Source of the DNA: Wickerhamiella versatilis
Taxonomy: Eukaryota
Direction: 5' to 3'
Assembly (NCBI GenBank): GCA_030867685.1
Contig: JAQOWU010000008.1
Span: forward strand, 2,604,001 to 2,668,000
Length of the DNA stretch: 64,000 bases
A program made the position numbers and the translations under genes. Of this stretch, positions 30,612-40,824 are shown piece after piece; position 1 is the stretch's first letter; each line of letters begins with the position of its first letter. The notes below the pieces were generated by a model, which saw nothing but the letters and a program-made list of their open reading frames with translations, made no database searches and was not told where the DNA came from.

Positions 30612-30672
30612 AAGTTTATTTATTATAATTATGATAGGTTTGTATCTAAGCACCAATTACATTGGGTCCTTA

Positions 30673-31191
30673 TTAGTGTGTTTTGTGTTCTGGAGTCTCC
30701 TTTTTCTCTTCGGTATGAGCAAGCCAATCAGCGTATGATCCCTTGTAGTTCAGCCGATTCTTGTACCCATATGCGGAAGCGAGTTGCTCTGCAGCAGAAC
30801 TCCGTACACCACCTTGGCAGTAAAACAGAACAGGCTTGTTGGTAGGAGGCTTTGCCACTTCAAAAGTGTCTTCGAACTCAGTGGGTTCCAACCCCAGTGC
30901 ACCGGGGCTTGATTTGAAAGGAATGTTGACAGCACCTGGAATATGGCCCTCAGCAAACTCTTCTGGTTCTCTCACGTCAACAATTGTAACATCTCCAGGT
31001 GTTTTTGCCCACTTAGAGACATCATCATAGCCTACTATCCGGGCAGGCACATCACTCAGTTCAACATATGAACGACGGGAAACCATTGGGCCAACACGGC
31101 ACCCAAGCATTGGTACGCGACTCGGTGCACGCAATGGGCTCAGCAGCAGGCTTGGCCGTGTTCTTGTCTGGAATACCACTCGACGAAGCAT
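30673..31191 (-). CDS. RDL2: Mitochondrial single-domain rhodanese
   Basis: Arg-rich presequence, VDVREPEEF..GHIPGAVNIP, FYCQGGVRS, NYKGSYADW. Confidence 0.88.
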   Translation of the reverse strand: MLRRVVFQTRTRPSLLLSPLRAPSRVPMLGCRVGPMVSRRSYVELSDVPARIVGYDDVSKWAKTPGDVTIVDVREPEEFAEGHIPGAVNIPFKSSPGALGLEPTEFEDTFEVAKPPTNKPVLFYCQGGVRSSAAEQLASAYGYKNRLNYKGSYADWLAHTEEKKETPEHKTH

Positions 31192-31608
31192 TCTTTCCTT
31201 TCACACTTAGTAAGGCAGATCTAAACATAAATATAGCCTAGCAAGCTGAGCACGGAGCTTCGCCGGAAAGATTTCAGGTTGCGTTTGCAACATACTCTTT
31301 CCCAAAATAACAATCCGTAAATTTGTGTGACTACCTTATAAAATATTGGCAAGATCATATCAGGAACCGACCTAAAATTCAGATACTTGTAGTTACGAAA
31401 ATGTGAGCCCTATTTCACTCACAATATCACATTCAAATTATTTGATTGGACTTAGAATTCGCATTTGACATTAGCGAGTAGTCCACCCGCATATTAGCGA
31501 TCTAGACCGGCAAGATGTCAACGCTCAGTCACGTGCCGTGAGCAAGCCTTAGATAAGCATTTCTTCCAAAGTTGTTGGTGAGTTTCGCGGTGGCAAAAAG
31601 CACTTAGC

Positions 31609-33543
31609 ATGAATGCCCTGGATCGAACTTGTGCTATCATTAGGGAGTCAGCAAAGACTTCGCTGGATACGGGGGATTTTATTTCGTACAGCACAGTTTT
31701 GGACCTAAATATCGGTGACCCCTCAAGGTTTTCCGAAGATGAAGCTCTCTCAATCTTGCAGTGTCTTCTGTCTACACTTGAATCAAACAATATGCTGGTT
31801 TACAAGGTGGGTTGGGACCTGCCTGAGATACTCATGCGTTACATCCAGCACTTTAATATGAATGAAGAGCATGTGTTGATAGGCGATACTGTGTTGAAGG
31901 TAGTGATGAGGACTTTGACAATACTATGCGAACGGGGGAATCCCAGAGAACTCTTCTTGAAGAGTTGTGAACTTATGGTTGGTCTGGAGTCTGATTACCC
32001 CCCTGTTCTGGAAAATGAATCGTTGAGTAAACGAGAGGATGGGTTGCCAAAAGAAGCTGAACTGAAAGAGGATCAGGAGCCAGCGGCAGAAGAGGAGCCA
32101 ATGCAGTGTGATGAAGGCATTCCGCAGGCTCCATTTTCGGAGAAAGTCGTCGATGCTCGACACGAGAATGTCAAGTTCTGTCTTTTATTTGAAATAATGT
32201 CTTATTCACTACAAAGAATACCCACACACTATCCTTCCCGTTTTCTTCTAATTGCTGCAAGTTCTATGCTTACGGTAGCCTCTACGCACTCTGATATTCT
32301 CTCAGTATCCACTTGCATGCGAAGAATGTTTTTGCTAGCCCGAGACTTCTCGATGGATATTCAGGATGATACAGAGCAGGAAGAACTTGCGCAAACTCGA
32401 AAATACCTTGTTAATTTCCTTACACATGCGGTCGATGAGAGCCTGAGGTGCTTTGGAGTGAAATGGGCTCAGAGACTGTATTATCAAATGGCTAATCGGA
32501 AAGCTCTTGCCCCAATTGAGGACCGTGAGACATCATACAGGGCTAGTGAGTATACTAGGCGTATGACTGACGTTATTGAGCGCTCATCCCAGCTTGCTAT
32601 GGCCTACGATTTTGATTTTGAAAAAGAACTTGAGAATGCAATCCATCCTAGAGTATCCAATTCGAGCCACCCCTTGAGCCCACCCACTGATGCCATGGAG
32701 GGCTCTGAACGGATTCCATTTGATACACCTATGGGAACTCCCTTATCAAGTGTGGACGATGGGGCTACAGGAGCAAACACACAGGAAGATATTTCCGTTA
32801 GGCTGGAAAAGCCCTCACCAGTTGGAGTTTTGATGATGTATACCCAACTTCATTTCGATGGATCGCGACATAAAAGCGCGCCTGAGTTATCTTATGCCAT
32901 CTATACACACCTCCGACTTATGCCCAGTCCCAGCTCTCATGCTGGCCTAAGAGACGCGCTCATGTATTGGTCGTTGTGGGTGTCAGGATTTGTTAATGAG
33001 GAATCAGTAGCTCACTGTTCCCCAGCGCTTCTGAGTGACTACCTCATTTTCCTTCAAATGCTTGCCGCCACTACGTCCTCGAAGATAGAGCGGCTTTTCT
33101 TGTTCTCAGTCGTTGCCAAATATATCAGGTGTCAGGATAAGCAGGTGTCTTTCGACTTTCTAATGCGAGTGCTGAATTGTTGTCCTTATTGTAGTGTACA
33201 AAATGCCACAGTGCAGATGTTAAAAATGCTTGTTATTGGAAAAACTCGTTGTGACGAACAAATATCTGGTCGTCGGGAATCATGTGTGGGATCGGGATCT
33301 CTGCTATCTTTGACTCCAGAGCAGCAGCGTCAGGTAGCATTGCGTGCGGAGAGTAGTATTGATCACTTGCTACAGACCTATAATCAATTGACGCCGCTTT
33401 TAATTTCATGGTTTAATCTGTTGACTGTGGTTCCTCTGGATAGAACGGTGGTTGATCGAATCTGTACTAAGCTTGAAAATCGTGGAGGTGATATTCTCAC
33501 CCCAGCGGCAGCATCTATCCGGAGTGCGAGGCTCCTCTTTTAG
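31609..33543 (+). CDS. YBP1: Yap1-binding protein Ybp1 (glomulin/ALF4 family)
   Basis: VGWDLP, GNPRELFLKSCEL, RIPTHYPSRFL. Lies between ATG12 and HPC2, as in S. cerevisiae. Confidence 0.85.
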   Translation: MNALDRTCAIIRESAKTSLDTGDFISYSTVLDLNIGDPSRFSEDEALSILQCLLSTLESNNMLVYKVGWDLPEILMRYIQHFNMNEEHVLIGDTVLKVVMRTLTILCERGNPRELFLKSCELMVGLESDYPPVLENESLSKREDGLPKEAELKEDQEPAAEEEPMQCDEGIPQAPFSEKVVDARHENVKFCLLFEIMSYSLQRIPTHYPSRFLLIAASSMLTVASTHSDILSVSTCMRRMFLLARDFSMDIQDDTEQEELAQTRKYLVNFLTHAVDESLRCFGVKWAQRLYYQMANRKALAPIEDRETSYRASEYTRRMTDVIERSSQLAMAYDFDFEKELENAIHPRVSNSSHPLSPPTDAMEGSERIPFDTPMGTPLSSVDDGATGANTQEDISVRLEKPSPVGVLMMYTQLHFDGSRHKSAPELSYAIYTHLRLMPSPSSHAGLRDALMYWSLWVSGFVNEESVAHCSPALLSDYLIFLQMLAATTSSKIERLFLFSVVAKYIRCQDKQVSFDFLMRVLNCCPYCSVQNATVQMLKMLVIGKTRCDEQISGRRESCVGSGSLLSLTPEQQRQVALRAESSIDHLLQTYNQLTPLLISWFNLLTVVPLDRTVVDRICTKLENRGGDILTPAAASIRSARLLF

Positions 33544-33682
33544 AGTATTTATTATAATGACAATTACAATTTGTTCATCAATGTTATATAGCCGACTTCT
33601 AACATGACCTACAATTAAATTATACGCTACTTCATATTCACCATTACGTATGGTTGGTTGGCTCGACCGTTTGATCATGAAA

Positions 33683-34714
33683 TTAATTCGGTCGCGACGC
33701 AAGAATCTCTTCTAGACTAGGCGCCTTCCGCTGGGGCGCTGGAGCGGCAGCTGGCGGGACAACTGGTGGAGAATTCGTAGCATTTTCTGATGGTTGTTTC
33801 TCTTCACCTTGAGACTCCTTATTTTCCTGGTCCGCCTTTGCAGACTCGTTATCACCTGTGGAATTGGCTTGTGATGTTTCAGCGGTGGCCGCTGATGTAG
33901 ATGTAGGTTTTTCTGCTTTCTTTTGCCGACCTCTTTTTGGTTTCTCGGTATCACTTTTTGCAGGCCGCGTATTCTTAGCAGGTTTGACCGCTTCGCCGGT
34001 AGATGCGCTAGCATTTTCGTCGCCTGGATTAGCAGCAGGTTGACCGTCTGATTGTTGCTCAGTCGCAGAGACGTTTTCATCCTCTCCATTTACAGACTCA
34101 GATCCTGCTGGTGTTGGTGTCGTTGCCTTTTTCTTCTTTCTAGGAGTGGAGGGTTTCTTGTCACCATCATTGTTAGGCTTGCGCTTCTTCGGAGCACCAT
34201 TCTTAGTATCTGTAGCTTTTCTCTTTCCTGTTTTTGTTGCTTTCTCCGTAGAAGCTCCCTCCTTAGGACCAATTGTACCTCGAAATACAAAGAATCCTTC
34301 TTGAATAGGCTGTGAGTTGCTTTCCCAAGGGATCTCTTCATCTTGGTCCAGGAATGGGTCATTCAAATCATATCTTCCTACAGCAACGCGCTTTTTCCTT
34401 GTTGTATTTGAACTTGATTCTTTTGCCGGTGCCGCTTTTGATGTTTCTTTGCCTGATGATTCCTTACCTTCCTCTTTTCCTGCCTGATCCTTATTCTCGT
34501 CAAGAGCTTCGTTCTTGTCGGAGCTGACATTTGGCTCATCGCCATCATCGTCATCCGAATCCTCGTCGTCGCCACCAGAGTCATCTTCCTCCGCCAGTAG
34601 ATCCTCTAACGTTGGCCCGCCTAGAACGTCATACTGCCGCTCAACGAGGCCTGCAAAGTCGACTTGCATGTGCGGCTGGAATTCAAGATCCAATACTATG
34701 CTCGTACCACTCAT
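33683..34714 (-). CDS. HPC2: HIR complex subunit Hpc2
   Basis: HRD/HUN motif VGRYDLNDPFLDQDEE...EGFFVFRG. The rest is low complexity. Confidence 0.82.
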   Translation of the reverse strand: MSGTSIVLDLEFQPHMQVDFAGLVERQYDVLGGPTLEDLLAEEDDSGGDDEDSDDDDGDEPNVSSDKNEALDENKDQAGKEEGKESSGKETSKAAPAKESSSNTTRKKRVAVGRYDLNDPFLDQDEEIPWESNSQPIQEGFFVFRGTIGPKEGASTEKATKTGKRKATDTKNGAPKKRKPNNDGDKKPSTPRKKKKATTPTPAGSESVNGEDENVSATEQQSDGQPAANPGDENASASTGEAVKPAKNTRPAKSDTEKPKRGRQKKAEKPTSTSAATAETSQANSTGDNESAKADQENKESQGEEKQPSENATNSPPVVPPAAAPAPQRKAPSLEEILASRPN

Positions 34715-35036
34715 AGTAGAAAAACGACGCGCGCACGGCGTGAAAAAGAGTCGAGTAACTCAGGTACCAGCCAGCTTAGCAGCCAAGCTTACTTATGTGG
34801 TGGGTGGGACCGGTCCGTAAGTTGATTCATTTACCAATTACAAAGGCAACGAATGGACTTCGCAGGGTGCACGGCCCTCGTTGCATCTCCCATATTTCGG
34901 TAAAGTGGATTTTCTTGTTCCTTTTTGCTAACGTTAGTTTACTACATGATTATCTTTATGATATTAAAATACGTGAACAGAAAGTAAGAAGAATATAATA
35001 GTCTATTGACATTAAAGTCTATATAAGCATCAGACG

Positions 35037-36575
35037 TCATTTCATTTTGAGCCAATTCCACTTATCATCATCAGCTGCGGATACTGAACTAGATGTCGAG
35101 TGGGCATGCATTGTCAGGGGTGCATCATGTCGTGGGGATTTCATATCCCATGCATTCACACCTGGGCTTACCCACTCATCGGGGCTCGAAACATAAGGTG
35201 AAATAGATGATTGCGAAGGAGTTGTCGCGGCCTGCGCGTTTAACTCTTCCTGAGCTGGTCGGCCGGGTGCCAATGGTGTCTGCTGAGAGGGTGCTTTATG
35301 AAGGGAGCCATTGTTCTGACTCAAGCTCGGCTTCTGCGCCTGGCCTTGGCTCTGCGCTTGACTGTCTTGAGGAGTATCCTGGCCCTGGGCTTGTTTGTTA
35401 TTACGCTTTGATCTGTTCCGTTTCTTAATGACATCGGTCTTCAACCGCATGGGCCGAGTTTCACCATGTAACTTTAGGAACAGGCCACACGCATTGCATA
35501 GTGGTTCACCCTCGGGATTGCGGCGCCATAATGGTGTCTTTCGTGTGTGGCAATTTGTGCATTGCAAGGATTGGGCGTCACCGGAGACGGACGCCCGTTT
35601 GGCCGCTGTTGGCGTTGCAGCTCTCCCCAAATCGGCCACCGAGCCCGCTCGAGAGTGAGGTCTGCTGCCTGCAGATTTCGCTATGCCTGCCTGGGCCGAC
35701 GGACGGCGACTCCTGACAATATCTATTGGCCGAGCATTTAGGCCTGAAAAACTAGAAACACTCTCGCTTCTCGGAAATGGAGCACTGGAGGAGGGGCTCA
35801 TAGGCCTGTCACTATAGCTTGAATAATTAGAATTCAGGAATGCCTCGTCCACTGGAGTCATAGCATTCGCGTTCACGATGAAATTGGATTCAAAGCTGCC
35901 AGGCAATGTCGGGGTGCCCAAAATCTCGGGGTCCAGTATGCCACTGTTATGGCTGGTCGCCGACATAGCGGTCGCCGAAACAGGAGCACTCTGTGGATGT
36001 GGAATGTCACTGTTGGACAACATTTCCGACAAACCCGACTTCGGAGTATTTGGCGCCCACATTTGGGAGGGGGCTATTGAAGTGGTAGCCCAGTTCTCTG
36101 AAAGCTGATATGGATGCTGGGCCAACTGTGCCGACAGTATACTTCGCCTAGGCTCGTTTGCCGTGGATTGGCCAAACACACTCTCAGGAGCAACACCCCC
36201 GGCATCTCGGGCAATAGCGGGATGGCCTGGTCCATTAGCGAAACCTGGAAAGCGGTGCTCATCGGACTTTGCACTGGCTGGCAGACCTCCGAATTGGACC
36301 GTCGGCTTCTTCTCGTAGCGTGATGCATGAAATCCCGGCGTGACTTGTGGCGATCCATGCTTTGCCGATGGAGCATCGCCAACCCGCGTTATATCGTCGA
36401 ATTCAGCCAGTGGATCAGTTATAAAATCGGTTATAAAGTCTTGGGCGTGCGCTACCCCACCGTTAGAGGCGTTGCTTTGGCCATCCATCAAACGGTGTTC
36501 ACCTGCTGAGAGATGTGGATCGCCAATTCCCACGTATGCATCACCAAATATATCCCGCGAAAATTGATCCTGCAT
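35037..36575 (-). CDS. GAT1: Nitrogen-regulatory GATA factor (Gat1/AreA type)
   Basis: [46 protein letters not shown] and an AreA/Gat1-type C-terminal WNWLKM. The start is uncertain; the first ATG is at 36575. Confidence 0.85.
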   Translation of the reverse strand: MQDQFSRDIFGDAYVGIGDPHLSAGEHRLMDGQSNASNGGVAHAQDFITDFITDPLAEFDDITRVGDAPSAKHGSPQVTPGFHASRYEKKPTVQFGGLPASAKSDEHRFPGFANGPGHPAIARDAGGVAPESVFGQSTANEPRRSILSAQLAQHPYQLSENWATTSIAPSQMWAPNTPKSGLSEMLSNSDIPHPQSAPVSATAMSATSHNSGILDPEILGTPTLPGSFESNFIVNANAMTPVDEAFLNSNYSSYSDRPMSPSSSAPFPRSESVSSFSGLNARPIDIVRSRRPSAQAGIAKSAGSRPHSRAGSVADLGRAATPTAAKRASVSGDAQSLQCTNCHTRKTPLWRRNPEGEPLCNACGLFLKLHGETRPMRLKTDVIKKRNRSKRNNKQAQGQDTPQDSQAQSQGQAQKPSLSQNNGSLHKAPSQQTPLAPGRPAQEELNAQAATTPSQSSISPYVSSPDEWVSPGVNAWDMKSPRHDAPLTMHAHSTSSSVSAADDDKWNWLKMK

Positions 36576-37495
36576 AAACAATACGGACCTATGCAACTTA
36601 TCAACCCGGAAGTCACCGCTCAGCTACGTATCGACTGAGGAAAAGAGAAGTGGTGATTAGAAATTTGTCCTACCTAACCCTGTGGGTAGCGATCGTTTGG
36701 AACAAGGGTTGGGACGGAATCCCGCTTTGAAAATTAAACCCATTATTAATCAAGATGATCTCCAGTTAGAACTCACGAATTAGGAAGCCATTGCGACGTA
36801 AGCATATTTTCGAGGGCGGTTATGCCAAGCATATGTTAGGTTTTGCCCAACGTAGAGTGCGAATTATTGGAAAAAAAAATATCCGAAGGCATTAGATTTT
36901 AACGTTTTATATAGTAGCATCACTGGTTTTGAAACAAATCAAAGATCCAGAAATTCATTACATCAGTGGTGTGTCATAAAGCACCCATGTTACAAGTAGT
37001 AAGTAAATCAAGCGCTCAGTTGGTGGGGTAGATGTGGGAGGTCGATCTTATGCGGGCGAGCAGTCAAGAAAAGGGGTATAAAAATGATGAATACGTAAGA
37101 AGTGTTAATTACCTTGAAGTTGTAAATCCTCCTGAAAGCCAATGCAAGTGAAGTAAGCAAATTGGTCTAGGTACCGCGTGGCGTTGGGGCTACAATTATT
37201 AGACAGAGGCGCATCCATTTCGTCCCCTTGCCACATCTGTCTTATTGCCTTGATAGCTCCAAATTGATACGTTGTGTCCCCGTCCAGCCCTTACCGGTTA
37301 ATGTGAAGCAAAAGGTTATACCATGCAACGGTGGGGCGATCTTCTAGCGTAGGGTTGTGCAATCGACCCCCTAACCCAATGCATGGCCATGGACACCGAC
37401 TAAGTGCATAACTAATGGGCCGCAATTGATTCCAGCACCGAGAGCCCATCCTCCATTTTGTGCCTAAAGGGTGGGGTTCTTTCCCCAAAGAAAGT

Positions 37496-38995
37496 ATGCT
37501 ATTTACACGCTTTGTCAGCAAATTATCCAGAAGACATTTTGCCAACTTCAGTACTTTTGTGAAAAAGATGCCAGACCTCCAAGACGTTTTCAAGCAGGTA
37601 GATACACTCAAACCTCAATTCATAAAGAGACTCGGCGATGCGGTGGCAATCCCCTCTGTATCTGCAGAGGCAGCTAAACGGAAAGACGTTGTCCGCATGG
37701 GTGAGTTTATTTACTCCCAGCTTAAAGACCTAGGTGCTTCTGACGTCGAGCTGAGGTCACTGGGCAAGCAGCCTGATGACCCCTCCCTTGACTTACCCCC
37801 TATTGTGATAGGTCGCTACGGTACAGACCCTGCCAAAAAGACCGTACTGGTCTATGGTCACTATGATGTCCAGCCCGCCCTTGTGGAGGATGGTTGGAAT
37901 ACCGACCCATTCAAGCTCACGGAGTCGGGTGGGGTACTCTACGGTCGTGGTGCCACCGATGACAAGGGTCCGGTAATGGGCTGGCTCAACGTACTGCAGG
38001 TGCACCAAGATCTTGGCCGTGAGTTGCCCGTGAACCTTGTTTTCTGCTTTGAGGGAATGGAGGAGTCTGGCTCGGTCGGTCTCGATGAGTTTGTTGCGCA
38101 GGAGGCTTCTGGCTTCTATAAGGATGTGGATGCTGTTTGCATTTCAGATAATTACTGGCTCGGTACTGATTATCCTGTTGTCACATATGGCGTGCGTGGC
38201 GTTCAGTACTACGAGATAACCGTCAAGGGACCTGCCGCTGATCTTCATTCTGGCCTCTTTGGCGGGCTTGTTCATGAACCAATGACGGACTTGGTCCAGA
38301 TAATGGCTCAGCTTGTCACTCCCGCTGGTGAGATTCTTATCCCAGGGGTGAAGGAAATGGTTGCACCGCTCACAAAATCTGAAGAAAAGCTTTACGATGA
38401 CATTCACTTTGATATTGCGGGTCTCGAGGCCAATATTGGGTCTAAAACTGTAATCCAGCCCACAATTCAAGAGGCCCTTCAGGCGCGATGGAGATATCCC
38501 TCGCTATCCCTACATGGCATTGAGGGCGCATTCTACGAAAAAGGTGCAAAGACTGTCATTCCCGCACAGGTTTCGGGCAAATTTTCGATTCGTACCGTTC
38601 CAGATATCGATGCTGCCAAACTCGACCAGTGCGTGTTCGACTACGTGAAAGACGTATTTAAAAAACTGAATTCCAAGAACACAATGAACGTATCACTTGT
38701 TCATGGTGGTGACTATTGGGTGGCTGATCCCTCGAACTGGAATTATCGCGCTGCCGCAAAGGCAACAAAGGCAGTTTGGGGTCTCGACCCAGACTTCACT
38801 CGTGAAGGTGGTAGTATTCCCATCACACTGAGCTTTCAGGAGTTGTTGAAGACAAGTGTTGTTCTGCTGCCGTTGGGTCGCGGTGACGATGGTGCGCATT
38901 CCACTAATGAGAAGTTCGACATTTCCAATTATGTAGAGGGCACCAAGACGCTTGCTGCCTACCTATATTATCTGGCGGAAGAAAAAAAGGATTAA
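37496..38995 (+). CDS. DUG1: Cys-Gly metallodipeptidase (M20A/CNDP2)
   Basis: YGHYDVQPA, GRGATDDKGP, FEGMEESGS, DLHSG, REGGSIP, DDGAHS. A second in-frame ATG is at 37568. Confidence 0.96.
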   Translation: MLFTRFVSKLSRRHFANFSTFVKKMPDLQDVFKQVDTLKPQFIKRLGDAVAIPSVSAEAAKRKDVVRMGEFIYSQLKDLGASDVELRSLGKQPDDPSLDLPPIVIGRYGTDPAKKTVLVYGHYDVQPALVEDGWNTDPFKLTESGGVLYGRGATDDKGPVMGWLNVLQVHQDLGRELPVNLVFCFEGMEESGSVGLDEFVAQEASGFYKDVDAVCISDNYWLGTDYPVVTYGVRGVQYYEITVKGPAADLHSGLFGGLVHEPMTDLVQIMAQLVTPAGEILIPGVKEMVAPLTKSEEKLYDDIHFDIAGLEANIGSKTVIQPTIQEALQARWRYPSLSLHGIEGAFYEKGAKTVIPAQVSGKFSIRTVPDIDAAKLDQCVFDYVKDVFKKLNSKNTMNVSLVHGGDYWVADPSNWNYRAAAKATKAVWGLDPDFTREGGSIPITLSFQELLKTSVVLLPLGRGDDGAHSTNEKFDISNYVEGTKTLAAYLYYLAEEKKD

Positions 38996-39046
38996 AATTT
39001 AGGGATTAATGGAGCGTTTGTGGCTGGATGCTAGCTAATAATCTGC

Positions 39047-39067
39047 ATATATATATATATATATATA
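39047..39067. repeat. (AT)n microsatellite in the convergent DUG1/SND2 terminator gap
   Basis: About 10 AT units. Confidence 0.75.
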
Positions 39068-39134
39068 CATGTTTATGTATGTGATTTAGTAGGTTTCAAA
39101 CGAACTTGAAGTTATTCTATTTTCGTACCATTAA

Positions 39135-39638
39135 TTATTCTGCAGAGTTATGTTGGCCGTATCTACGACTTAGCTTCTGTTGTCTTTTGCTGAGTTGTGG
39201 TTCGGCCTTGTTTTCCTCGGGCTCCGGGCCCGAAAAAAGCTGCTTTCCACTTTTTATAAGTCCCCATACCTTATAACCGGCAAAAACAGGGGCACTTAGG
39301 TATAGGTACCACGCCTTTGGGCCTATTAGCACGGAAAAAATATCACATATCCACGTCAGGTATATCACGTCGAAGAGATATTCTGTCAAACCACCTTGAT
39401 TGGCATCTTGGCCGGGTCTATCCAGCTGACGTCCTGAATAGGTTGGTCTACATGTCTTCTCAAGTATATATTCCGTCAATATGGCAGGCGATGAAAGTAC
39501 CAAGAAACGTAGCAGAGGCCGTTGGAAAAGCCAGTTCAAACACAATGTCACGCTAAATATCACTATAGAAGTCAAATGAAGCTGCTTTAACGCTTCCGCA
39601 TTTGCCTGGGCCAACTTTTTGGCGGCCGCGTTCGCCAT
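39135..39638 (-). CDS. SND2: SRP-independent targeting protein Snd2 (TMEM208/DUF788)
   Basis: MANAAAKKLA..N, GQDANQGGLTEYLFDVIY, WYLYL..P, SKRQQKL. The upstream part of the track ORF overlaps SDH2 in another frame. Confidence 0.9.
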   Translation of the reverse strand: MANAAAKKLAQANAEALKQLHLTSIVIFSVTLCLNWLFQRPLLRFLVLSSPAILTEYILEKTCRPTYSGRQLDRPGQDANQGGLTEYLFDVIYLTWICDIFSVLIGPKAWYLYLSAPVFAGYKVWGLIKSGKQLFSGPEPEENKAEPQLSKRQQKLSRRYGQHNSAE

Positions 39639-39679
39639 GAGAATAATACGTAATAGGTTACTATGCTCTAGGTCTACGT

Positions 39680-40447
39680 CTACGAAAATGCCATACTCTT
39701 CTTGATATTTGCAATAGCACGACCCGGGTTGAGGCCCTTGGGGCATGTGCGGGTGCAGTTCATAATAGTGTGGCAACGATAAAGTGACATTGAGTTTTGA
39801 AGTTGTTCGCGGCGCTCATCACCGGCCTCATCTCGAGAATCTATCATCCAGCGGAATGCCTGCATGAGAACTGCAGGTCCCAAATACTCTTGCTGATTCC
39901 ACCAGTAAGATGGGCAAGAGGTCGAGCAGCATGCACACAAAATGCACTCGTACAATCCGTCAAGCTTGGCGCGGTCCTCAATGCTTTGACGGATTTCAAG
40001 GCCATCGGAAGGATAGTCCTTGCGCTGTAGGTAAGGCTTAATTGACCGGTACTGCTGGTAAAATAGAGTCAGATCAGGTACCAAGTCACGCACAACGTAC
40101 ATATGAGGCAGTGGGTACAGTTTAGTTGGCTTGGATGTATCACGGTTAATACGGGTTAGGCAGGCCAACGAATTTCCACCATTAATGTTCATTGCACACG
40201 AGCCACAGATACCTTCACGGCACGATCTTCGAAAAGTCAAGGTCGGATCCTGCTCATTTTTTATCTTAATGATAGCATCCAGGACCATGGGACCGCAGTC
40301 ATCCAGGTCCACCTTATACTCCTTAATTTCAGGCTTCTTCTCTGGAGTATCAGGATTCCAACGGTAAATATTAAAAGATTTCATCGACGCGAAACGCACA
40401 TTCGGTCTGGCGAACAGGTTCAGCCGAGTAGCTACAGAACGAATCAT
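39680..40447 (-). CDS. SDH2: Succinate dehydrogenase iron-sulfur subunit
   Basis: [41 protein letters not shown]. Confidence 0.99.
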   Translation of the reverse strand: MIRSVATRLNLFARPNVRFASMKSFNIYRWNPDTPEKKPEIKEYKVDLDDCGPMVLDAIIKIKNEQDPTLTFRRSCREGICGSCAMNINGGNSLACLTRINRDTSKPTKLYPLPHMYVVRDLVPDLTLFYQQYRSIKPYLQRKDYPSDGLEIRQSIEDRAKLDGLYECILCACCSTSCPSYWWNQQEYLGPAVLMQAFRWMIDSRDEAGDERREQLQNSMSLYRCHTIMNCTRTCPKGLNPGRAIANIKKSMAFS

Positions 40448-40505
40448 ACTCGAAATGAAGGTGGTAGAGGAACCTTGCTTACGTATGGTATGAGATGGTT
40501 TTGGT

Positions 40506-40525
40506 AACGGCGGCCATCTGATTGG
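40506..40525 (-). promoter_or_regulatory. CCAAT box with a bipartite CBC/HapX-type extension upstream of SDH2
   Basis: The minus strand reads CCAAT-cagatggccgcc-GTT (CSAAT-N12-RWT), 60-80 bp upstream of an Fe-S respiratory gene. Confidence 0.55.
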
Positions 40526-40824
40526 CTAATCCTCATCTCCGGTTTCGCTTCGAAGCACTACCAGATTCCCTTTGAATGGAAGATTACCCCCATAATGAGA
40601 GCAGTTGAGGCATATTAGCTATCTCGGCTGGACTATTATTGTGGATACTTTTGTCAAAAGAAGAAATAGTTGTTGTAATTGCTATATTCCACTCAGCTAA
40701 ATAAATATAATAATATAATTAATTATTACGTTTTTATACTATTTAGTTAGTGTTTTCTGTTTCTCAATTTCTCTAATAACCCCATCGCTCAACTTTTCGC
40801 GGTCGAGAAAACATTTGCTCACTT

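Noticed and set aside
36600-36700. Possible 5' intron of GAT1 (CTAAT, pyrimidine tract, CAG on the minus strand)
   Set aside because: An in-frame TAG follows that acceptor, and I found no convincing donor or upstream coding exon. A UTR intron cannot be excluded.
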